Below, piece after piece: positions 37,078-45,516 of a stretch of 64,000 bases of DNA; position 1 is the first letter of the stretch; each line of letters opens with the position of its first letter. Made by a program: the position numbers and the translations under genes. Under the pieces are notes generated by a model. The model was not told the origin of the DNA and did no database searches. It saw nothing but the letters and a program-made list of their open reading frames with translations. The DNA lies in the NCBI GenBank assembly GCA_038207335.1, contig JBBQZX010000005.1, positions 162,439-226,438 of the forward strand, read 5' to 3'. The DNA is from Chthoniobacterales bacterium (GTDB lineage Bacteria > Verrucomicrobiota > Verrucomicrobiia > Chthoniobacterales > Chthoniobacteraceae).

Positions 37078-37929
37078 ATGCGCACGACGTCGAGCTTCTC
37101 CGACTATCAGCCGATCGGCCACGTCGGCCGCGTCCCCATCCACGTCACCACGCTCCTCTGCGCGCTCTACTGCGTGGGGATGATCATCACCACGATGCTC
37201 GGCGCAGCGGAGTCGAACCTGTCTGGCATCGCCTTTTCCACCGAGGACTTCTACCGCCGCGGCTGGCTCTGGGAGCCTTTCACCTGCACCTTCCTGAACC
37301 AGGCGAACTTCTTTTTCCTGTTCGGGATCTTCTTCTTCTACACCGCCGGGATCGAGGTCGAGCGATACCTCGGGCGCGTCACTTTCGTAAAATTCTACAT
37401 TCTCACGCTGCTCGCAGTCCCCCTCGCGCTCGGAGTCTGGCGCCTGCTCGGCGTGCCTGCCACGCACGCCACCCTCGTTCCCTCGCTCATCGGCATGTTC
37501 ATCGCGTTCGCCACGCTCTACCCGAACATCGAATACTGGGGCTGGATTCCCCTGAAATACGTGGCCTTCGCCTGCTTCGCGCTCTCGTGCCTCCAGTATT
37601 TTCCGCACCACGAATGGCCCGCGCTCAGCGTCGTCGTCGCGGCAGGCGCGATCGCCTTCGGCTTCATCAGCTACCTGCGCGGCGGAGGCTCCGTGGAGTT
37701 CAGCGACCTGCGGGAGAAATGGTTCGGACCGCGCCGGAAATTCCGCGTCCTGCCGCCGCCCACCCCCCGCGCACAGCGCCGCGCCGAGCCCGAGAGCAGC
37801 GTGGATTCCATCGACCCCATCTTGGAGAAAATCGCGAAGTCCGGCCTCGCGAGCCTCTCGTGGAAAGAGCGCGCCCTGCTCGAAAAAGCCCGCGAAGATT
37901 TGCTCAAGAAAGAATCCCCGCGCCACTAG
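37078..37929 (+). CDS. Rhomboid-like membrane protein with a DUF6576-like C-terminus
   Basis: WLWEPFT, EVERYLG and FATLYPN motifs, then IDPILEKIAKSGLASLS; no GxS catalytic motif seen. Confidence 0.75.
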   Translation: MRTTSSFSDYQPIGHVGRVPIHVTTLLCALYCVGMIITTMLGAAESNLSGIAFSTEDFYRRGWLWEPFTCTFLNQANFFFLFGIFFFYTAGIEVERYLGRVTFVKFYILTLLAVPLALGVWRLLGVPATHATLVPSLIGMFIAFATLYPNIEYWGWIPLKYVAFACFALSCLQYFPHHEWPALSVVVAAGAIAFGFISYLRGGGSVEFSDLREKWFGPRRKFRVLPPPTPRAQRRAEPESSVDSIDPILEKIAKSGLASLSWKERALLEKAREDLLKKESPRH

Positions 37930-37944
37930 AGCATCGCCCCGCGA

Positions 37945-38655
37945 ATGGCCGAAAATCCACCCCCCGCCGCCGATGCACCACCGCCCCGCCTCACGCGGCA
38001 GGACAGCAATTACGTCGGCGCGATGTCGCACTTCTACCGCGGCGAACTCGGCCGCATCATGGCTTGGCGCGCGCGCCTCGATAACACGACGAACTGGGCA
38101 ATCACCACGACCTCCACGATTTTCACCGTCGCGTTTTCCATCGAGCGCGTGCCGCACATCATCTTCTTTTTCAACGTGGCGATCGTGTGGGTCATGCTCT
38201 GGATCGAGGCGCGGCGCTACCGTTTCTACGACGCCTTCCGCGCGCGAGTCCGCATGTTGGAGGCGCATTTTCTCGTCCCGATCGTCGCGCAAAATCCCGC
38301 CCTCCTGCAGGGCGAATGGCAAAAGCTCGTCTGCGAAGACCTCCTGCTCCCGTCATTCAAGATCAGCAAATTCGAGGCAGTCGGCCGCCGCTTGAAGCGC
38401 AACTACGGCTTCATCTTCATCATCATCCTCAGCGCCTGGGTCACGAAAATCTTCCTCCACGCCACGCCGAAGATCACCGACTGGCACTCATTCTACGCCG
38501 CGCTCCGCGTCGGCACCTCCATCCCGAGCTGGCTCGTCGCCGCGATGTTCCTCGGCACGCTCGTCTCCGTCGGCACGATCATCGTTTACATCAGCAAAAG
38601 CACCTCCGGCGAAATCTCCGAGTTTGGCACGCACCGCTCCATGTGGCGGTTGTGA
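37945..38655 (+). CDS. DUF2270 family membrane protein
   Basis: HFYRGELGR, WRARLDNTTNWA and IEARRYRFYD motifs. Confidence 0.88.
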   Translation: MAENPPPAADAPPPRLTRQDSNYVGAMSHFYRGELGRIMAWRARLDNTTNWAITTTSTIFTVAFSIERVPHIIFFFNVAIVWVMLWIEARRYRFYDAFRARVRMLEAHFLVPIVAQNPALLQGEWQKLVCEDLLLPSFKISKFEAVGRRLKRNYGFIFIIILSAWVTKIFLHATPKITDWHSFYAALRVGTSIPSWLVAAMFLGTLVSVGTIIVYISKSTSGEISEFGTHRSMWRL

Positions 38656-38709
38656 GGCGGCCGAGAGATTATGTTTGAGAGTCGAGAGAGGGAGCGATAG
38701 CGCGCGGGC

Positions 38710-39477
38710 ATGTCACTTCACTCTCTCCGCGAAATCGTCGCCCGTCTCCGCGCCCCCGGCGGCTGCCCGTGGGACCGCGAACAAACCCACGCCAGCCTCC
38801 GCGCCGGTGTCATCGAGGAGGCCTACGAAGTCGTCGAGGCCATCAACAATTCCGATGACGCAAACCTCCGCGAAGAACTCGGCGACCTCCTGCTCCAAGT
38901 CGTCTTCCACGCTCAAATCGCCACCGAGGAAAATCGCTTCACGTTCGACGACGTCGCCGCCGGCATCGCGGAAAAGCTCATCCGCCGCCATCCGCACGTC
39001 TTCGGCGACGACCATTGCGCCGACTCCGCCGCGGTCCTCGTCCGCTGGGATGAAATCAAACGCGCCGAGAAAGGCGTCGTCCACACCTCCGCGCTCGACG
39101 GCATCTCCGCCGGACTCCCCGCTCTCCAGCACGCGCAAAAAACCCAAAAGAAAGCCGCAAAAGTCGGTTTCGACTGGCCCGACGCCGCGCCCGTCTTCGA
39201 CAAGCTCCGCGAGGAAATCGCCGAGGTCGAAGCCGAGCTGTCCACCTCCCCCGAAAAGCTCGAAGACGAAATCGGCGACCTCCTTTTCTCCGCCGTAAAT
39301 CTCGCGCGAAAACTCCACATCGACGCCGAAACCGCGCTCCACCGCGCCACCGGAAAATTCGCCACCCGCTTCCGCCAAATCGAACAACTCGCCACCGCCC
39401 GCGGCTTCATTTTCGAGAACCTCACCCTCGCGGAAATGGACACCCTCTGGGACGAAGTGAAAGCGAGCGGGAAGTAG
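38710..39477 (+). CDS. mazG: Nucleoside triphosphate pyrophosphohydrolase
   Basis: GCPWDREQT, EEAYE, EELGDLL, RRHPHVF and EIGDLLF motifs. Confidence 0.95.
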   Translation: MSLHSLREIVARLRAPGGCPWDREQTHASLRAGVIEEAYEVVEAINNSDDANLREELGDLLLQVVFHAQIATEENRFTFDDVAAGIAEKLIRRHPHVFGDDHCADSAAVLVRWDEIKRAEKGVVHTSALDGISAGLPALQHAQKTQKKAAKVGFDWPDAAPVFDKLREEIAEVEAELSTSPEKLEDEIGDLLFSAVNLARKLHIDAETALHRATGKFATRFRQIEQLATARGFIFENLTLAEMDTLWDEVKASGK

Positions 39478-39552
39478 TGCTGGGGAGCGCGCTCCCAACT
39501 TCCCCTTGTCCCCTCGCCCCTCGCGATTACCCTCTCCGCTTCACAAAATCGC

Positions 39553-41148
39553 ATGGCTGACCACGGCTACCTCGCGCTCGTTCTCCACGCGCACCTCCCT
39601 TACGTCCGACACCCGGAATACGAGGAATTCCTCGAGGAAGACTGGCTCTACGAAGCCATTACCGAGACCTACCTCCCGCTGCTCGATGTGCTGCACGGAC
39701 TCGCCGACGACGGCGTCGATTTCCAGCTCACCATGTCGCTCACGCCGCCGCTCTGCCACATGCTGCGCGACGCGCTTTTGCAGGAGCGATACGCCCGATA
39801 CCTCCAGCGTTCCATCGACCTCGCGCGCAAGGAAATCGTCCGTACCCGCGGCCAGGGTCAGCTCGAGGAAATCGCGCGATTTTACCTCCACCGCCTCGAG
39901 CACGCGCAGCAGGCGTATGAGGAAAGGTGGAAGCGCGACCTCGTCGGAGCTTTTGCTGCGCTGCAAGAGCGCGGTGTTTTGGAAATCATCACCTGCGCCG
40001 CGACGCACGGATTTCTCCCGCTCATGGAAAATTTCCACGAAGCCGTGCGCGCGCAAATCCTGATCGCGCGCGACCACTACCGCGAAATGTTCGGCCGCGA
40101 TCCGCGCGGTATCTGGCTGCCGGAATGCGCCTACGTCTCCAGCCTCGATGCCGTCCTGCGCGAGGCGAATCTGCGCTGGTTCATCATCGACGCGCACGGC
40201 GTCATGTTCGGCTCGCCGCGACCGCGATACGCCATCTACGCGCCCACTTTCACCCCCGCCGGGCCCGCCGCATTCGGACGCGACCGCGATTCCAGCCGCC
40301 AGGTCTGGAGCGCCGAGGAAGGCTACCCCGGCGACCCCGCGTATCGCGATTTCTACCGCGACATCGGCTTCGATCTCTCCCGCGAATATCTCGGCGAGGC
40401 CGCGCCCGCCGACGGCACGCGCAAATTCACCGGCCTCAAATACCACCGCATCACCGGACGCGGCCACGACAAGGAACTCTACAATCGCGGCTGGGCGATG
40501 GGCGCCGCCGATTCGCACGCGGGAAATTTCATGGCAAATCGTGCCGCGCAAATCGCGCATCTCCGCGGCCACATGAACGTCGATCCGATCGTCGTTAGCC
40601 CATTCGACGCCGAGCTTTTTGGCCACTGGTGGTTCGAGGGCCCGGAGTTCCTGAACCTCTTCATTCGCAAAGCCGTTTACGACCAGCGCGAGTTCAAGCT
40701 CACCACGCCGTCGCGCTATTTGGAAAAGCACGACACCCATCAGCTCGCCGTGCCATCCGCCTCGAGCTGGGGCCACAAAGGCTACTGGGAAGTCTGGCTC
40801 GACGAGAGCAACTCGTGGATTTACCCGCACCTCCACACCGCCGCGCGCCGCATGACCGAGCTCGCCCGCCGTTTCAATCTCGAGCCCTCCACTCTCACTC
40901 CGCTCCTCGAGCGCGGTCTCCGTCAAATGGCCCGGGAGCTCCTCCTCGCTCAATCCAGCGACTGGGCATTCTTGATGAAAACAGGCACCGCAAAGAACTA
41001 CGCGAGCAAGCGGACAAAAGATCACATCCTCCGTTTCACGCGCCTCTACGACCAGGTCCGTGCCGACGACATCGACCCCGCATTTCTCGAAAATTGCGAA
41101 TGGCGCGATAACATCTTCCCCAATCTCGACTGGCGATATTATGCGTGA
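39553..41148 (+). CDS. GH57 1,4-alpha-glucan branching enzyme (DUF1957)
   Basis: LHAHLPYV, ETYLP, WLPECAY, FDAELFGHWWFEG and AQSSDWAF motifs. Confidence 0.93.
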   Translation: MADHGYLALVLHAHLPYVRHPEYEEFLEEDWLYEAITETYLPLLDVLHGLADDGVDFQLTMSLTPPLCHMLRDALLQERYARYLQRSIDLARKEIVRTRGQGQLEEIARFYLHRLEHAQQAYEERWKRDLVGAFAALQERGVLEIITCAATHGFLPLMENFHEAVRAQILIARDHYREMFGRDPRGIWLPECAYVSSLDAVLREANLRWFIIDAHGVMFGSPRPRYAIYAPTFTPAGPAAFGRDRDSSRQVWSAEEGYPGDPAYRDFYRDIGFDLSREYLGEAAPADGTRKFTGLKYHRITGRGHDKELYNRGWAMGAADSHAGNFMANRAAQIAHLRGHMNVDPIVVSPFDAELFGHWWFEGPEFLNLFIRKAVYDQREFKLTTPSRYLEKHDTHQLAVPSASSWGHKGYWEVWLDESNSWIYPHLHTAARRMTELARRFNLEPSTLTPLLERGLRQMARELLLAQSSDWAFLMKTGTAKNYASKRTKDHILRFTRLYDQVRADDIDPAFLENCEWRDNIFPNLDWRYYA

Positions 41149-42472
41149 GTTTTCGATCCGAGCCTCGTTCGTCTGCCTGCTCTCGCTGCTGCTTGCCCTC
41201 TCCTGTGCGAGCGCCCAGGACGACGAGGACGAACATCCGCCCGCTAAAAAGCCAGGCGTCCGCATTACCTTCCTTCCACCCCCGCTCGAAGGCACGCTGA
41301 GCCTCGGCATCTTTGACAAAAGCGGAAAACTCGCGCGCTCCCTCCACCGCGAAGCGACGCAAAAAGACTTCGTCGTCGGCCTGAACGGCTACATCACGAG
41401 CTGGGATGGAAACGACGACACCGGCCATGCGATGCCCGCTGGCAAATACTTCGCGCGCGGCTACGCAGTCGGCGAAGTCGCCGTCGAGGGCGTCGCCATG
41501 CACTGCAACGACTGGATCACCGACGAAGATTCCCCGCGCATCGCTCAACTTTTTCTGATCGCGCTCAACGACGCGGAAGACCTCCTCGTCCGCGCAAAAA
41601 CAACCGGCGGCGAAGCCGTTTGGCTGCGGTGGGATGCCGAGGGCAAAGTGCATATCGCCAGCGAAGCCGAAACCGCGATGTTTGCCTCTCTCGCGCCCCC
41701 CATTGCCGTGAACGCTACCGGGGGAGAACTGGAAGACGTGCGCAAAACCCGCATCGCAACTCCCGGCCCCGAGAAGGAAAAACGCACGTTCGACGGCGTG
41801 ACAAAAACTGTGGCTTCGAGCCCGGGCGCGGCGGGAAGCACCTGGCTGATCGACGAGACGCCGACAGGCACGGAGGTGAAGCAATTTGCGGAATCCGGTG
41901 AGTTGCTTCGCCGCCTCGCGATTCCTGCGGACGAGCCCGCTCCAATCGCCATCGCTGCGTCAAAAGCGCGCGATGTGATCTTTTTGCTCGAAAAAAAACC
42001 CGGCATCCAGCGAGTCCGCGGCCTCGCGCTCGAAGCGCCCGCCGAGCCGTCATCTGACGGCCAGACTCCCGTCTCCACCTGGAAGGAATTTTTCTCAAAA
42101 AGCATCACTGCCAGCGACACCTTCGCCGCCGTCGCCGATAAGTTCGGCCGCCCGAAGCCGTTCGTCCCCGAGACGAAAATCCGGGTTCAACTCCTGCCGA
42201 ACGAGCTCTCGCAAAACGCCTCGCCGAATCTCGACATCCAAATCGCCATCGACTCGGAAGGCGCATATTTACAGGCATCCGACGGCCTCCTGCTCAAGCG
42301 TATCACCGAGACACCACTGCTGAAATGGGCCGTGATGGGCCGCGAAGGAAGCCGGGCCGTCACCATTTTCCAAAGCGACGGCGCAGTCGTTGAAGAGTTC
42401 AAAGTGCGCCGCCTCGCAGCCATCATGTCCTTCGACGCCGGCGACTACTCCTGGAAGCCAAAATCGAACTGA
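41141..42472 (+). CDS. Secreted hypothetical protein with an FlgD Ig-like N-terminal domain
   Basis: Signal peptide; LGIFDKSGKL...WDGNDDTG...PAGKY. Confidence 0.7.
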   Translation: MREFSIRASFVCLLSLLLALSCASAQDDEDEHPPAKKPGVRITFLPPPLEGTLSLGIFDKSGKLARSLHREATQKDFVVGLNGYITSWDGNDDTGHAMPAGKYFARGYAVGEVAVEGVAMHCNDWITDEDSPRIAQLFLIALNDAEDLLVRAKTTGGEAVWLRWDAEGKVHIASEAETAMFASLAPPIAVNATGGELEDVRKTRIATPGPEKEKRTFDGVTKTVASSPGAAGSTWLIDETPTGTEVKQFAESGELLRRLAIPADEPAPIAIAASKARDVIFLLEKKPGIQRVRGLALEAPAEPSSDGQTPVSTWKEFFSKSITASDTFAAVADKFGRPKPFVPETKIRVQLLPNELSQNASPNLDIQIAIDSEGAYLQASDGLLLKRITETPLLKWAVMGREGSRAVTIFQSDGAVVEEFKVRRLAAIMSFDAGDYSWKPKSN

Positions 42473-42555
42473 GCGCCCTCCGTTCGGGCTGGAGGACGGC
42501 GCGCGCGAAATTCCATTTTTCATCCGCAAAATCAACACGCTAATCTCTCCGCCCC

Positions 42556-43098
42556 ATGCCCCGCGACATCGTCTATTTCGACCTCGAAACGCAACGCACC
42601 GCCAACGACGCCGGTGGCTGGGACAAGACGCACGAGATGGGCATGTCGCTCGGCGTGACCTACAGCACGCGCACCGGTCAGTATCGCATTTTCACCGAGC
42701 AAAATGTGAACGCGCTCATCGACCAGCTCCTCCGCGCGGACCTCGTCGTCGGGCACAACGTCATCAAATTCGACTACGGCGTGCTCATGAAATACACGAT
42801 TCTCGACCTCGCGCATCAGTGCCGCACGCTCGATCTCCTCGTCGATCTCGAGGCCATCCTCGGTCACCGCCTCGGACTCGATGCGCTCGCCACCGCCACG
42901 CTCAAAGTCGGCAAAACCGGCGACGGCCTCGACGCCATCCGCTGGTGGCGCGAGGGTCGGATGCTCGACATCGCGGAATACTGCTGCTTCGACGTGAAGT
43001 GCACAAAGCTCGTTCACGAATACGGTGTCGCGAACAAGCAGCTCCACTACAACGACCGCTTCCAGCAGCGCAAAAGCGTCGCGGTCGAGTGGAACTGA
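42556..43098 (+). CDS. RNase H-like (DEDD/YprB-type) domain protein
   Basis: YFDLET, GHNVIKFD and YCCFDV motifs. Confidence 0.82.
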   Translation: MPRDIVYFDLETQRTANDAGGWDKTHEMGMSLGVTYSTRTGQYRIFTEQNVNALIDQLLRADLVVGHNVIKFDYGVLMKYTILDLAHQCRTLDLLVDLEAILGHRLGLDALATATLKVGKTGDGLDAIRWWREGRMLDIAEYCCFDVKCTKLVHEYGVANKQLHYNDRFQQRKSVAVEWN

Positions 43099-43122
43099 GC
43101 GAGTTCCCCGGATTCGCCGCAG

Positions 43123-44013
43123 CTACACCAGCCACCCGCGCCGTCGCATCCGGTCGAAGACCACGCTTTCGCACGTCTCCGCCGCGCTGACGGCCAGATA
43201 TTTCCCCTGCCGCTGCCGGCACAGTTCCGCGAGATGCGCCGCGTGCGCCTCGCGATATTCGTGGTAGAGCGCGAGTAAATCGCGCGCGGAACTAACGTCC
43301 AAATTTCCCGCGCTCTCGCTATCGACGAGTCGCAAATCACCCGCCAGCTCCGGCGCGAGTTCACTCGGCGCGAGGATTTGCAGCGCAAAGATTTCCAGCC
43401 CCGCACCGTGCAGCAAATTGAACGCGCGCCGCAGGTCGCCGTGCGTGAGAAAATCGCTGATCACAATCGCCACGCCGCGTCCGCTGTGACGGCGCAAAAA
43501 ACTCTCCACGCCCGCCTCGATCGACACCTCTCCGCCGCCTTCGATCTCCTCCAGAAAGCGAAACATCTTCCCTGCGCTCACTCGACCGCGACACGGCGCG
43601 AGCCGCTGCATCCGATCCGCCCCGAGCACCGAAACACTCACCTTTTCACTCCCTCGCAGCGCCACGCTCCCGAGCGCCGCCGCGAGCTGCAAACCAAGCG
43701 CGAGCTTGCCTTCGAAGCCCATCGAAATCGACGCATCGACCAGCAGCGCGACGTGCAATTCCTCCTCCTGATGAAACTGCTTCAGGTAAGGCCGCTCGAT
43801 CCGCGCGAAGATATTCCAGTCCACGAATCGCACATCGTCGCCCGGCGAATAATCGCGGTAATCGCAGAACTCCGTGCTCGTCCCGCCCTTTGCCGCGAGA
43901 TGTTCGCCTCGGCTGCGATTCGTGAATCGCCGCGCCGCATTTAGCCGCAGCCGCGCCAGTCGATCGAGATCGCGATTCGACAGCAGCGAAGTGATCTGCG
44001 GCGCGGCCGTCAT
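43123..44013 (-). CDS. DUF58 family (vWA-like) protein
   Basis: EFCDYRDYSPGDDVRFVDWN, DASISM and ISDF motifs. Confidence 0.92.
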   Translation of the reverse strand: MTAAPQITSLLSNRDLDRLARLRLNAARRFTNRSRGEHLAAKGGTSTEFCDYRDYSPGDDVRFVDWNIFARIERPYLKQFHQEEELHVALLVDASISMGFEGKLALGLQLAAALGSVALRGSEKVSVSVLGADRMQRLAPCRGRVSAGKMFRFLEEIEGGGEVSIEAGVESFLRRHSGRGVAIVISDFLTHGDLRRAFNLLHGAGLEIFALQILAPSELAPELAGDLRLVDSESAGNLDVSSARDLLALYHEYREAHAAHLAELCRQRQGKYLAVSAAETCESVVFDRMRRRGWLV

Positions 44014-44018
44014 GCGTG

Positions 44019-45023
44019 TTACGCCGCCGCTTCCTCGGGCACCGCACGTGCGATTTCCTCGACGAGGCCCGGCACGCTGATGCTCTCCGCGAGGCCGTCG
44101 TAATTCAGCAGCACGCGATGCCCGAGCACCTCCGGCGCGAAGTGCCGCACGTCCTCGAACGCCACATGCGCGCGCCCCTCCGCGAGCGCCCGCACACGTG
44201 CCGCGCGGATGAGCCCCTGGACCGCGCGCGGGCTCGCGCCCCACTTCACAAACCGCCGCACCGAGTCGCCCGCCTCGCTGGCGGCGGGGTGCGTCGCGAG
44301 GACGAGCCGCACCGCGTAGTCGCGCAGCGGATCGGCCACGACGACCTTTTCTAAAATCCCGCGCATCTCGAGAATCCGCGGCCCGTCCATGACTTTCGTG
44401 ACTTCGTGCGAGTGCGAGAGCGTCGTCCGGCGCACGACTTCATTCAGCTCCGCGCGGTTCAGAAACGGCACGCTCAGCTTGAACATGAACCGGTCGAGCT
44501 GCGCCTCGGGCAGCGGATACGTCCCCTCCTGCTCAATCGGATTTTGCGTCGCGAGCACGAAGAACGGCTGCACGAGCAATTGCGTCATTCCCGCCGCCGT
44601 CACGCTTCCCTCCTGCATCGTCTCGAGCAGCGCGGCCTGGGTTTTCGGCGTCGCGCGATTGATCTCATCGGCGAGCAGGAGTTGCGTGAAAATCGGCCCT
44701 CGGCGAAACTCGAACGCGTATCGGCCATCGGGCCCGGCGGTCATGATATTCGTCCCGATGATGTCCGCCGGCATGAGGTCCGGCGTGAATTGAATGCGTC
44801 GGAAATCAAGCGCCAGAGCGGCTGCGAGCGCTTTCACAAGCTCCGTCTTGCCGAGTCCAGGCACGCCTTCGAGCAGCACATTTCCGCCCGCGAGGATCGC
44901 CGTGAGCACGCCCTCGACCACGCGCTGCTGCCCGACGATCACCTGCCCGACCGCCTCGCGGAGCCGCTGGAAATCTGCTCGGAAACGCTCGGCCTCGGAT
45001 TGGAGTTGGGCTGGATCGCTCAT
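44019..45023 (-). CDS. MoxR family AAA+ ATPase
   Basis: GVPGLGKT, RIQFTPDLMP, DEINRA and NPIEQEGTYPLPEAQLDRF motifs. Confidence 0.95.
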   Translation of the reverse strand: MSDPAQLQSEAERFRADFQRLREAVGQVIVGQQRVVEGVLTAILAGGNVLLEGVPGLGKTELVKALAAALALDFRRIQFTPDLMPADIIGTNIMTAGPDGRYAFEFRRGPIFTQLLLADEINRATPKTQAALLETMQEGSVTAAGMTQLLVQPFFVLATQNPIEQEGTYPLPEAQLDRFMFKLSVPFLNRAELNEVVRRTTLSHSHEVTKVMDGPRILEMRGILEKVVVADPLRDYAVRLVLATHPAASEAGDSVRRFVKWGASPRAVQGLIRAARVRALAEGRAHVAFEDVRHFAPEVLGHRVLLNYDGLAESISVPGLVEEIARAVPEEAAA

Positions 45024-45030
45024 GGGTGGG

Positions 45031-45462
45031 TCATTTGTAAGTCAGCGTGACGAGTCCGGCGATGATCAACGCGGCGCCGGCCGCGACACGAGGCGTGAAC
45101 GGCTCCGCTAGCAGCCACCACGAAAGCGCGAGCGTCACGACGATGCTTCCTTTATCCACCAGCGCGACGAATGACACTGTGCCGCTCTTCATCGCGCGGT
45201 AGTAAAAAATCCACGAGAGCGAGGTTGTGAGCCCCGACAATGCGAGCAGCGCAATGTCGCGCGGCCGTGCTAGCGCGAGCGCCGCGCCGGGCCGTCCGGC
45301 GGTCCAGATGAACGCATTCAAAACGACGAACCCGAACACCATGCTCGTGCGAATCGCGAGGCTCACATCCGCGCTGAGCGTCTTCATGCCCGACTTCGCG
45401 AGCACCGAAGTGAGGCCGGCGAAAAGCGCGGCGAGCAGGGCTTGGATTTTCCACGTTTCCAT
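45031..45462 (-). CDS. EamA/DMT family small membrane transporter
   Basis: About five TM helices; AGLTSVLAK, SWIFYYRA and VDKGS motifs. Confidence 0.85.
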   Translation of the reverse strand: METWKIQALLAALFAGLTSVLAKSGMKTLSADVSLAIRTSMVFGFVVLNAFIWTAGRPGAALALARPRDIALLALSGLTTSLSWIFYYRAMKSGTVSFVALVDKGSIVVTLALSWWLLAEPFTPRVAAGAALIIAGLVTLTYK

Positions 45463-45516
45463 CGGCGGTTACCTGAATTCGTGCGTACGTCGCCGCGTTC
45501 ACGCCAGCAGGAATTT

